Below, piece by piece: positions 37,061-45,672 of a stretch of 64,000 nt of DNA (within the stretch, counting starts at the first letter, position 1; each line of letters starts with the position of its first letter). Below the pieces are notes generated by a model that ran no database searches, had not been told where the DNA came from, and saw nothing but the letters and a program-made list of their open reading frames with translations. This stretch comes from an uncultured Candidatus Saccharibacteria bacterium (GTDB lineage Bacteria > Patescibacteriota > Doudnabacteria > UBA920). The position numbers and the translations under genes were made by a program. The stretch spans positions 5,594-69,593 of the forward strand of contig CAZHIA010000003.1 of assembly GCA_964532425.1 (NCBI GenBank). Reading direction: 5' to 3'.

Positions 37061-38383
37061 TTACTTCGTCACTTCTTCCAAGGCCTTGTCCATCTGAGGA
37101 TCCTGGCCCTTGTCCACGTTCTCCTGGGTCAAGGTAACCTTCACGTCCGGTTCCAAACCGTCATGGTTCAGGTTTTTGCCGCCCGGGGTGATCCACTTGG
37201 CCACTGTGATCTTTAAGGCACTGCCGTCTTTAAGGGAAACTAATTCTTGGACACTACCCTTGCCGAAGCTCTTTTCTCCAATAAGTTCCGCTGCCTGGTG
37301 GTCATGCAAAGCTCCGGAAAGGATTTCCGCAGCCGAAGCGCTGCCGCCGTTAATCAGAACCACGGTTTTCACACCTTTAAGCTTGGCCTGGCCTTCCGCA
37401 TTGTATTTGGTCGGGTCACCCTCGCTCTTGGCTTCGGTTACCACCAGGTCTCCGGGAGCAAGCCAGTTGGAAGCCACGTCGACTGCAGTCTGCAAATAAC
37501 CGCCAGGGTTGTTGCGTAAATCGATCACAATCCCATTAACGTTCTTGGTCAGGATATCGTTCACTGCCTGGTCAAACAAGGGCTTAGTATCGTCGCCGAA
37601 CTGGGAAAGGGTAACGACTGCAATTTTCTTTCCATTCACATCTTTATAATCCCACTTCACGCTCTTCACTTTAATCTCGTCACGCACGATCGGCACATCG
37701 AACGGTTTATCCTTGCCCTGGCGGATGATCGTAAGCGTCACTTTGGTACCTTTGTCGCCGCGGATCTTGGCCACTGCCTGATCAACTGACCATTCAGCGG
37801 TCGATTGGCCATTGACCGCAGCCACTACGTCTTTGGCCTGCAGTCCCGCTTTTTGTGCAGGTGAACCGTCAATGGGCGCCACAATAGTAATGACACCGTT
37901 CTTCTGTCCGATCTCAGCGCCAATGCCGAAGAATTTGCCGCTTAGGTTTGTTTGGAAATCTTTTAATTCCTGCGGTTCAAAAAATGTAGTGTAAGGATCA
38001 CCTACCGAAGACACAGCTCCCTGGATGGCACCATACAACACCTTTTGCTGATCAACCGGCTTATCGATGTACTTGCTGTTTAACGTGCTGACAGCGTCCC
38101 ACAGCAGGTTATAATCCACTACTTGCGGCTGATTGGCTTGGTTGACGACCTTAAATTCCTTAGGAATAAAAATAAAGCCTCGATGGCCGGCGGCATATCC
38201 CGCACCGTAGCTGATTCCGACAATGAGCAGGACGGCGATGATTCTCACAAACAAATTATTACGGAGCGGAGCCGGGACAGCAGCGGAAGCAAGCGGTGCG
38301 GCAGCAGGCACAGCATGGGCGCTGGGGGCCTGAGGGACCGGAGGTTGCGCATTCTGGTTCTGGCTGTTTTCAGATGAATCCAT
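37061..38383 (-). CDS. ctpA: C-terminal processing peptidase S41A (CtpA/Prc) with PDZ domain
   Basis: TM anchor, DPYT, GIGAEI, DLRNNPGG, SASAAEI, FGKGSVQ. Confidence 0.93.
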   Translation of the reverse strand: MDSSENSQNQNAQPPVPQAPSAHAVPAAAPLASAAVPAPLRNNLFVRIIAVLLIVGISYGAGYAAGHRGFIFIPKEFKVVNQANQPQVVDYNLLWDAVSTLNSKYIDKPVDQQKVLYGAIQGAVSSVGDPYTTFFEPQELKDFQTNLSGKFFGIGAEIGQKNGVITIVAPIDGSPAQKAGLQAKDVVAAVNGQSTAEWSVDQAVAKIRGDKGTKVTLTIIRQGKDKPFDVPIVRDEIKVKSVKWDYKDVNGKKIAVVTLSQFGDDTKPLFDQAVNDILTKNVNGIVIDLRNNPGGYLQTAVDVASNWLAPGDLVVTEAKSEGDPTKYNAEGQAKLKGVKTVVLINGGSASAAEILSGALHDHQAAELIGEKSFGKGSVQELVSLKDGSALKITVAKWITPGGKNLNHDGLEPDVKVTLTQENVDKGQDPQMDKALEEVTK

Positions 38384-38462
38384 AAAAAATCTTATATTTT
38401 CCTGTTAAATATAATGAGCAGATGGGAATATTATAACACAAATAGGTTGCGTGATGCCAATA

Positions 38463-38556
38463 AAACATTTAACCTTTGACAATTGACATTTAACCGATGA
38501 AATCAAAATCATCGTGTGGCATTATGTCAAAAGTTAAAGGTCACAGGTCAAATGTT
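38463..38556. repeat. Inverted 7-nt tandem-repeat hairpin
   Basis: AACATTTAACCTTTGACAATTGACATTTAACC ... TGTCAAAAGTTAAAGGTCACAGGTCAAATGTT. Confidence 0.75.
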
Positions 38557-38562
38557 GGGAAC

Positions 38563-39555
38563 TCACCTGCTTACCCTCGGATCACTCTTAACAGAATTGA
38601 TGACGATCAGTGTCCACATCCGCGCATAAATGCCGCAATAGACCAGCCAATTGAACCAAAACGGATATTTTTCGCGATAATGCTTGCGGTAAAAAATCCA
38701 CATAGCGTCATGGAACCAACGGAGGGCTTTGGTTGCGACCTTGCGGCTAGATTCGCCTTTGTAATGAGTAATGAACGTTTGAGGATAGTACCAAACCTTA
38801 AAACCCGCTTCCTTGCAGCGCCAGCACCAGTCCAGGTCTTCGCCGTACATGAAAAACGTTTCATCCAGCAGCCCGATCTTTTCGACAACATCCTTCCGCG
38901 CCAGACAGAAGGCTCCAACCAGACTGTCAATCTCCGATTCCTGGTCAGCCGTCTCATCCGAAAAGTTATACGCCGCATCTCCGGCTACCTTTTGCAAGTG
39001 TAAAAACCGCAGCATGGCATTCCACGGGTTCGGGAATTTCCGCCGCGCCGCGCGATCCAGGCTACCATCCGGCTTCATAATTTTGCACGTGCTCATGCCC
39101 ACATCCGGATGTGTTTCCATAAAATCGAGCATCACTTTGAACGTGTCCGGTTCGACCTTGGTATCGGGATTAAGCAGGAGGACGTAACGTCCGGTTGACT
39201 GTTTAATGCCGATGTTGTTGCCAGCCGCAAAACCGTTGTTGATGTTACGGATAAGCTTATAGCTATCAGCTGTCAGCTTATAGTTTTCGAGCCATTCATA
39301 GGTGCCGTCCGGTGAACCATTGTCGACGATGATAACCTCACCGGTATATTGCGCTCCATGAGGCTGGCTATTGGCTTGCTGTTCGGATGTAGGGGCGACT
39401 ACCAGCCGCCCTTCAGATTGCGGGCGGCCAGTGGCCGCCCCTACAAAAACCACCCTCTTACTACCCCAAATCGAAGGCAGCAGCACTTTAAGGTGTTCTT
39501 TGGACCGGTAGGAAAGAATAATAATGGAAAGATCAAACCTATTGACAGAATTCAT
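38563..39555 (-). CDS. Glycosyltransferase family 2 (rhamnosyltransferase-like) with repeat-derived in-frame insertions
   Basis: VDNGS, NNGFAAGNN, LLNPD, GLLDETFFMYGEDLDW. Confidence 0.9.
   Translation of the reverse strand: MNSVNRFDLSIIILSYRSKEHLKVLLPSIWGSKRVVFVGAATGRPQSEGRLVVAPTSEQQANSQPHGAQYTGEVIIVDNGSPDGTYEWLENYKLTADSYKLIRNINNGFAAGNNIGIKQSTGRYVLLLNPDTKVEPDTFKVMLDFMETHPDVGMSTCKIMKPDGSLDRAARRKFPNPWNAMLRFLHLQKVAGDAAYNFSDETADQESEIDSLVGAFCLARKDVVEKIGLLDETFFMYGEDLDWCWRCKEAGFKVWYYPQTFITHYKGESSRKVATKALRWFHDAMWIFYRKHYREKYPFWFNWLVYCGIYARMWTLIVINSVKSDPRVSR
39388..39445. repeat. GTAG-type REP doublet inside the GT2 gene
   Basis: TGTAGGGGCGACTACCAGCCGCCC...GGGCGGCCAGTGGCCGCCCCTACA. Confidence 0.8.
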
Positions 39556-39595
39556 AAATTGTAGTATAACAAATGGTCAAAGGAGGAAAAAGATA

Positions 39596-39985
39596 ATGTT
39601 TTTTGAAGGAAAACAGGTCTATATTCTCATTATCGAGGAAGGCAAAAAGGTCCTCGCCAATGTCATCGGCTGGCATCTTGAACCAAATGACCAACAAGGT
39701 GCTTTCGAAAAACCCGAAAAGATCCTCTACGAAACCGGCACAGAACGGCTGCCACTGGAGCACAATCACAAGATCCAACTACTCTGTGACCCGACCCTGT
39801 TTGTCAAAGGCGGACCTGAATGGGGAGAATTTGTTCCCCGCAGGGACGACGAACGGAACGGCCGCGGAGTCTTGATTGTTTTCGATGACTTCGACGGCAA
39901 TACGGTGTGCGGGCTCTTGAACTCTCAGTGGTCTGCGTTCGACACCTGCAGCCTGTATGAAGGCTCGCTCCTTGTCTTTCTTTGA
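39596..39985 (+). CDS. Hypothetical protein
   Basis: TTGACA-17-TATAAC at 39542-39570, AGGAGG SD, downstream hairpin GGCCATGCGT...ACGCATGGCC. Confidence 0.6.
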   Translation: MFFEGKQVYILIIEEGKKVLANVIGWHLEPNDQQGAFEKPEKILYETGTERLPLEHNHKIQLLCDPTLFVKGGPEWGEFVPRRDDERNGRGVLIVFDDFDGNTVCGLLNSQWSAFDTCSLYEGSLLVFL

Positions 39986-40129
39986 GCTGTGTCCCGCTTC
40001 CGGCCATGCGTCAAAAACGCATGGCCAGCTTTATTTTATTACAATAATACTGACAGTATTATAGCGCTCTTTCAACACTGTTTTTCAAATGGGCAAAACG
40101 TGCTATTGTTGTATTGAAAAGGTGGGACA

Positions 40130-40513
40130 ATGGAACAATTGAAGTTTATATTCGAGCCGGTTTCGCTGCAAGTTGGCGACACCCTCCGGGTTTCAAAGGT
40201 TGCATGGAAAATATCTCTTACCAACGAGATTGGTTTTGCCACCAAACTCCCGGAAGAATCCACAGAAGTCATCGTGCATGCCTGCGCCTTTATCCCACTG
40301 GCTGGCATCGGTCATTCCGCCCTCAAAGGCATCATCCATTACAGGAACGGAGAACTGTTATTTTACCGGCAAAACCATTTTGGCCATGCCTGCAGAGAAC
40401 CGCTCTACCTTTCCCGTTTCTGGGATGGTGATATCATTACCATCACCAGCACCCCGAGCCGGCACCCTTCATCAATTCAAAACACCCAGATGCCGTGCTT
40501 GACCACTCAGTAG
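40130..40513 (+). CDS. Hypothetical protein
   Basis: 127-aa ORF filling the gap; no recognisable motif. Confidence 0.4.
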   Translation: MEQLKFIFEPVSLQVGDTLRVSKVAWKISLTNEIGFATKLPEESTEVIVHACAFIPLAGIGHSALKGIIHYRNGELLFYRQNHFGHACREPLYLSRFWDGDIITITSTPSRHPSSIQNTQMPCLTTQ

Positions 40514-40549
40514 CGTGCACTATAGACATCCGACGGGCTGGAGGATTTA

Positions 40550-40753
40550 ATGTCGAAGAACAAAACAAGAAAAGCTGAGGTTATGGAATACGTAACTTCA
40601 AAAGATGGTAAGCTGATCGGCCGAAAAGGACAAGAGGTTTACCTTCCAGAAGGCTATGTAGCCCAAGTCATCGCTGTCCCGGTCAACTCGCCGGAGGGAC
40701 AAGTATTAAAATCACACGATGCACGCCAGTGTCCGAACATCGCCTCAACATGA
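40550..40753 (+). CDS. Small hypothetical protein
   Basis: GGAGG SD; 67 aa. Confidence 0.4.
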   Translation: MSKNKTRKAEVMEYVTSKDGKLIGRKGQEVYLPEGYVAQVIAVPVNSPEGQVLKSHDARQCPNIAST

Positions 40754-41788
40754 CCTGGCGACATCTCCTGGTCTCTGAACGATTTGGCGCTTCCGCCACA
40801 TTTTCGGCAACTGCCTGAACATTTCAGGCAGTATTTTTAATGTCGAAATTTCGAACAGCACTATATAGCCTAGCATAAAAAATTCCCGGATAAAAAATTG
40901 AGGATAAAAATGCCGCGAATTTTTGACATACATAAAAATATGGTTCTTATAGTTGAGCTGCTTCACCCGCGGACTAATCATTTTATGATGTTTGATAAAC
41001 CCCGACACATCAGCATATCCATTTTTCGATGAGCCTGCACCCCTGCCGTGATAGCCGACCGCCTCAGGCACAAACACGCATTTCCAGCCTGCATTCCGCA
41101 GACGCCACGCCAGGTCAACATCTTCCCAGTAGGAATGGAAGTCCTCGTCGAAATACTCGAACTGACCTTTGGCATTTGGCATTTGACACTTAACCGCTTC
41201 CAAAGCGGTGCGTCGATAAGCACATCCGGCACCGGAAACCGCATCGACGACTAGCTCATTGTCGTACTGGCCCCGATCAATCTCATGCTGCCCGCGGTCG
41301 CGTGCGCGCCCAGATTTGCTAATAGAAACACCGGTCGTGTCTAAAATATTGGTCTTCTGTACGGGACGGCTCGCCTCGCTCGACACGAGTCGAAGCGGGT
41401 CACGACCGTCCCCTACGGGAAATCCAAAATTGCACCGCAACAACTTCCCCGTCGCCGCCCCCACCTTCTCATCTTCAAACACTTTCACCATCCGCTCAAT
41501 GTAATCCGGCTCCATGATAAAATCCGGATTAACCAACTGAAAAAGATCGCTCTGGTATTTCTCGAACACTAAATTGTGCCCTTTAGAAAATCCGATGTTA
41601 TACCCAGGATCTATTATCTCCACCTGGGGGAACTTTTCCGTGAGCAGTTCTTTGCCATGGTCATCATTGCCGCTTATAACCGCCACGACGTGGATATTCT
41701 TGTATGTCTGGTTAAAGATAGCCGAAAAGACCGGTTCAATAAATCGGCGGTTGTTGTAAATGACTTGAATTACGATAACCTTAGGCAT
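40745..41788 (-). CDS. Glycosyltransferase family 2 with repeat-derived in-frame insertions
   Basis: NIGFSKGHN, LVNPD, FDEDFHSYWEDVDLAWR. Confidence 0.9.
   Translation of the reverse strand: MPKVIVIQVIYNNRRFIEPVFSAIFNQTYKNIHVVAVISGNDDHGKELLTEKFPQVEIIDPGYNIGFSKGHNLVFEKYQSDLFQLVNPDFIMEPDYIERMVKVFEDEKVGAATGKLLRCNFGFPVGDGRDPLRLVSSEASRPVQKTNILDTTGVSISKSGRARDRGQHEIDRGQYDNELVVDAVSGAGCAYRRTALEAVKCQMPNAKGQFEYFDEDFHSYWEDVDLAWRLRNAGWKCVFVPEAVGYHGRGAGSSKNGYADVSGFIKHHKMISPRVKQLNYKNHIFMYVKNSRHFYPQFFIREFFMLGYIVLFEISTLKILPEMFRQLPKMWRKRQIVQRPGDVARSC
41358..41416 (-). repeat. GTAG-type REP with nested hairpin inside the GT2 gene
   Basis: GTAGGGGACGGTCGTGAC-CCGCTTCGACTCGTGTCGAGCGAGGCGAG-CCGTCCCGTACA. Confidence 0.7.
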
Positions 41789-41834
41789 AAAAATTTAATG
41801 AGCAACATTTGACATATGACATTTAACCTTTACC

Positions 41835-41906
41835 TGTAGTGCAGGCCCTCGGCCTGCCTGTATTCAAATCGCACTGATCTATGGCAGCCCACGGGGCTGC
41901 ACTACA
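41835..41906. repeat. Intergenic GTAG-type REP doublet
   Basis: TGTAGTGCAGGCCCTCGGCCTGCC ... GGCAGCCCACGGGGCTGCACTACA. Confidence 0.7.
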
Positions 41907-41972
41907 TCAATTCTTTAATTTTGAATCAACTAAAAAGTCGAATCTCAATTATCCAAAGTTTAAATGTTGCAC

Positions 41973-43583
41973 TTATTCTGCTTTCATCTCCTCATATCGC
42001 CTAATTATCCCTCCTGAAAGCCCCAGGGACAACAGGAAAAAGAACAACACCTTGTCATTCATGAGCGTCACGTCAAAGAAGGCAGAGGTAAGGATCCAGA
42101 GCACGACCAACAACTGAAGGAACACAAAAAATACCAACACATCCTCAGCCTGCCGGTGCGCCCAGAGGAAGTTGACGAACGTGTGGAGAATGTTGACCCA
42201 AAACACCGCAAAAGCGATTAGGCCGGCCAGACCCAATTCCACCAGCACTTGGATGTACAGGTTGTGCGCTGACACGAATTTGAGCGGCAAATTGTAGCGC
42301 TTGCTGTGGATCTCGGCTGCCTGCTGGTAGCTTTCTACGCCAGGACCGGAAAGTGAAATGAGAAAGTTGCCCAGGCCCACGCCCTGCGGGTGGCGGGCTG
42401 CAAACTTCAGCGAGTCTTTCCAAATTGCCAGGCGCCCGGCATTACTAACGTCCTCCGGATCGTAAATGCTCTGTGCGCGCTGCAAAAAGTTTTCCTGGAA
42501 TTTGGAACCGAACCGCAGGTAATTAAACGCCCTGTTATAGAGCGGCGAGGCGGCAAAGAATACCAAAATGATAATAAATATCCAGAACATTTTTTTGGCA
42601 AAAAGATGAAATACATTCTTACGGTACAGAACGCCGCTCACGAGCAGTGGCGCCGTGATGCCGACCCAGACAGCGCGTGTTCCAGACAGAATGATGGCCA
42701 GCGAGGCAAACCGGATACCCGACCACAGCCAGTGTCTGACCCGGTCGCGCACCACCAGCACCAGTGCGGTCGCCCAGCCCACGGCCATCATGGTCATGTA
42801 CCCGAATGACTGAGAGTCCGGCATGATGCTGAACATGCGCAGCTCACGGCCTGCGGTATACGAAAACCACGAGTTGGAATATAAGGCAATCCCCGCAAAA
42901 TTAGCACCATAATACAACCTGGTAATAAAGCTGTCCCAAAAGACCCAAAACGTGTCCAGGTTCGTAAAGAATGTCGAGAACAGTTGAATGTACCCGAGTA
43001 GTATGATGGCCGTAAAAGACCAAACCGCATACTTCATGAGCAGAATAGCTTGGGCTCTGGTTTTCAGCACGTTGGCCAGGACAACATAGGGCAGATAGAT
43101 ATTCAGCCAGAAAATTGCCACGCGATACCCCTGCATCGGAAATTTAGCAAAGGTTGCAGTCACCACGACGGCAATTACAAAAAACGCGGCTAAAAATTTA
43201 TCCCATGAAAAAAATTCCAAGCCCGACAGAAAGTTACTCGCTGCTTTGAGTGGGTCGCGGTTACCACCGCTCCGAAATTGCTGCCATACCCCTTTGACCG
43301 CCCATGCCGCAAATAGCACGGCGAACCAAATGCGCCAGACAGACAGCGTATCGAACCTCTTATTGGGTACCGCAACATACCAAGGCACGGACAATACCAG
43401 AAACAACAAACCGTCGAATGGATCCGCCGCAATAAGAAACAACGCGCCGAGCGCCAGCGTGGCCCAAATGATACGGTCAGGCCAGCCGCCCAAGACGATC
43501 ATCAACAGACTGATGAGCTGCCAAAGAAATAATATGAAAATATAGAATCTGGGGTTTTTCAATAGAGCTTTCTGTATGATCAT
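41973..43583 (-). CDS. O-antigen ligase/Wzy-like membrane protein
   Basis: Many TM helices; LSGTRAVW, SNAGRLAIW, GVGLGNF, AHNLYIQVLVELGLAG. Confidence 0.88.
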   Translation of the reverse strand: MIIQKALLKNPRFYIFILFLWQLISLLMIVLGGWPDRIIWATLALGALFLIAADPFDGLLFLVLSVPWYVAVPNKRFDTLSVWRIWFAVLFAAWAVKGVWQQFRSGGNRDPLKAASNFLSGLEFFSWDKFLAAFFVIAVVVTATFAKFPMQGYRVAIFWLNIYLPYVVLANVLKTRAQAILLMKYAVWSFTAIILLGYIQLFSTFFTNLDTFWVFWDSFITRLYYGANFAGIALYSNSWFSYTAGRELRMFSIMPDSQSFGYMTMMAVGWATALVLVVRDRVRHWLWSGIRFASLAIILSGTRAVWVGITAPLLVSGVLYRKNVFHLFAKKMFWIFIIILVFFAASPLYNRAFNYLRFGSKFQENFLQRAQSIYDPEDVSNAGRLAIWKDSLKFAARHPQGVGLGNFLISLSGPGVESYQQAAEIHSKRYNLPLKFVSAHNLYIQVLVELGLAGLIAFAVFWVNILHTFVNFLWAHRQAEDVLVFFVFLQLLVVLWILTSAFFDVTLMNDKVLFFFLLSLGLSGGIIRRYEEMKAE

Positions 43584-44671
43584 TTCTGTGTCGTAAGTAC
43601 TTGTAAAGTCTGCCGCGCGCAGCGCTCCCAGCCGAACTGTTGTAAGCGTACCTTGCCTTGTTCCCTAAGCCGCTCAACGAGAGACTGGTCGCAGAGCAAA
43701 GCTTTGAGACAGTTTTTTATATCATTCTCATCGGTTGGGTCAAAATATACCGCCGCCTCCCCTGCCACTTCGGGCATGCTGGAAATGTTGGAAGTAGCCA
43801 CTGGAATCCCGGCATCAAACGCTTCTAACAAGGTCATACCAAACCCTTCATACAGGCTCGGCAATATGAACGCATCCGCCCGCCGCATCACTTCAAGGCG
43901 GTCAGAATCACCTATGTGCCCAAGGTACTCCACACAATCGCGATGTTGCTCTATTTCCTCCATTGACTCCTGGAATTTCCAGCCTTGCCGCCCCGCTATG
44001 ACCAGCTTATGCGGCAGCTCGGGCAGTTCAGTTTTTAACTTGGCAAAAGCACGGACCAAGGCCGGAACATTTTTTCTCGGTTGTAGCGTGGATAAAAAAT
44101 AGACATACCGTTCCGGCAGCCGCTCTGCAATCTTGCCAGCGAGCTGCATACCCGAGGGCGGACGCGGTTCAAATCCATGGTGAACAACTGCAATCTTGTC
44201 AGCTGGCAGGTGGTAGACGCGCATAATGTCCTGTTTGGTGGATTCTGAAACTGCAATGAGGCGCGATGCCGAGCGGGCGGCGAACCAGGAAGAAATCTTC
44301 AGAAAATTACGATTGAACCAGGTTTCCGCTTCGGGATAAAACAGCCATGCCAGGTCATGAATGGTGACCACGCTCTGGCGCGGGTGCACGAGTGGCAATG
44401 CCGAGGCCGGAATGAACAAGACGTCTACCGGATGGAAAAGTATCTCCCAGCTGATGCGCAGCTGCGTCCAGAACAGCGGAAATGGCATAACCTTTACTGA
44501 AAAATTTTTAGGCAAATTTAAAAACCAGTCCTGAGGCTTGGTTCTAAGATACAGAATATACTCATTGTCGCGGTCGAGCGCCGCCAAATGCAAAATAAGC
44601 TGTTTGGCGTAATGTTCTACACCGGTCTTTTGAAGGCTGTTAGCCCGCTCTGCTTCTATGCCAATGCGCAT
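43580..44671 (-). CDS. Glycosyltransferase family 4 (MtfB-like)
   Basis: TGVEHY, TIHDL, QPRKN, PSLYEGFGMTLLEA. Confidence 0.92.
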   Translation of the reverse strand: MRIGIEAERANSLQKTGVEHYAKQLILHLAALDRDNEYILYLRTKPQDWFLNLPKNFSVKVMPFPLFWTQLRISWEILFHPVDVLFIPASALPLVHPRQSVVTIHDLAWLFYPEAETWFNRNFLKISSWFAARSASRLIAVSESTKQDIMRVYHLPADKIAVVHHGFEPRPPSGMQLAGKIAERLPERYVYFLSTLQPRKNVPALVRAFAKLKTELPELPHKLVIAGRQGWKFQESMEEIEQHRDCVEYLGHIGDSDRLEVMRRADAFILPSLYEGFGMTLLEAFDAGIPVATSNISSMPEVAGEAAVYFDPTDENDIKNCLKALLCDQSLVERLREQGKVRLQQFGWERCARQTLQVLTTQK

Positions 44672-44747
44672 AGGCATATTATACCGCAATTGCAGCCGCG
44701 GGAACAAATACCAAAACTAAAATCAGCCCTTCGGGGGCTGATAGACC

Positions 44748-45047
44748 TTAGCGATTATTCCGGTGGATTCTTGACAGGGGCTGAGTATCCGGCACCTGAG
44801 CGCCATGCTCGCCGGTAGCACCACTTGGTTGCTGCACTGGAAACAGTTCGGCCGCTCGTGCATGGTTTATCCATTGGATACTGAGCAAATCATTCTCAAC
44901 CGCTTGCATTTGAGCTTCGTAGAGTATGATGAAACCCGCCAGCACTGCCACCGACCCCACAATGAACACCGGCCAGAATAAGCCGAGATGCTTTTTCCAA
45001 AATGGAAGAACACCCGGACTGTTCGATTTTTTGGCTTGTTTATGCAT
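44748..45047 (-). CDS. Small single-TM hypothetical protein
   Basis: Hydrophobic stretch LFWPVFIVGSVAVLAGFIILY; hairpin near 44722-44742 downstream. Confidence 0.5.
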   Translation of the reverse strand: MHKQAKKSNSPGVLPFWKKHLGLFWPVFIVGSVAVLAGFIILYEAQMQAVENDLLSIQWINHARAAELFPVQQPSGATGEHGAQVPDTQPLSRIHRNNR

Positions 45048-45090
45048 GATTTATTATATCATTATCCCTCAAAATCTTCAAATCGGTTAT

Positions 45091-45567
45091 TCACAAGGCG
45101 CTACTTTTAAGTCTTGACGATTTGAATTTCTCCGGGTAGTGCGGCTTTAATCTGACAATATGTGCATGAATCCCGGCCTGCAGCAGACTGGTTTTTAAAT
45201 TGCTTACATACTCACCCCGCTGATCATACCCCAAGGCAATAATGTCCGGACGTTGCCGCTTGATATGGGGAATGTGATCGCCCAGAGCTCCCAGCACGGC
45301 CCGGTCAACCAAACCGGTCCGACGGACAAACTCCAGCCTCTGGCGCTCGGTATATAGAGGCTTCCGCCCTTTGATCTTTTCAACATTCTTGTCCCGCGCT
45401 ACGGAAACGATCAAATGCGGATGCGAAGCCAAACCCCGGGCTTGCCTAAAAAAGCTCCGATGCCCTTCATGCAGCAGATCGAACGTACCGAAGAGCATGA
45501 TGCGGGTCAGCGTATAATCTTTCTTCAATCGTCTGTGTGCATAAGATATTTTTTTCGGAGTGACCAT
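45091..45567 (-). CDS. Cytidylyltransferase-family protein (archaeal-type FAD synthetase RibL-like)
   Basis: FGTFDLLHEGH (HxGH), VSVARD, PDIIALGYDQ, KSS. Confidence 0.82.
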   Translation of the reverse strand: MVTPKKISYAHRRLKKDYTLTRIMLFGTFDLLHEGHRSFFRQARGLASHPHLIVSVARDKNVEKIKGRKPLYTERQRLEFVRRTGLVDRAVLGALGDHIPHIKRQRPDIIALGYDQRGEYVSNLKTSLLQAGIHAHIVRLKPHYPEKFKSSRLKSSAL

Positions 45568-45576
45568 ACAACAATA

Positions 45577-45672
45577 ATTGACAAAAATGACAAAATTGAA
45601 CAAAATTGACAAAATTATGCTGCAATTCTATCTTCAATTTTTGTCAATTCTGTCATTTTTTTAAATTTTGAT
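45577..45672. repeat. Inverted 9-nt tandem-repeat hairpin (TTGACAAAA family)
   Basis: ATTGACAAAAATGACAAAATTGAACAAAATTGACAAAATT ... AATTTTTGTCAATTCTGTCATTTTT. Confidence 0.75.
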
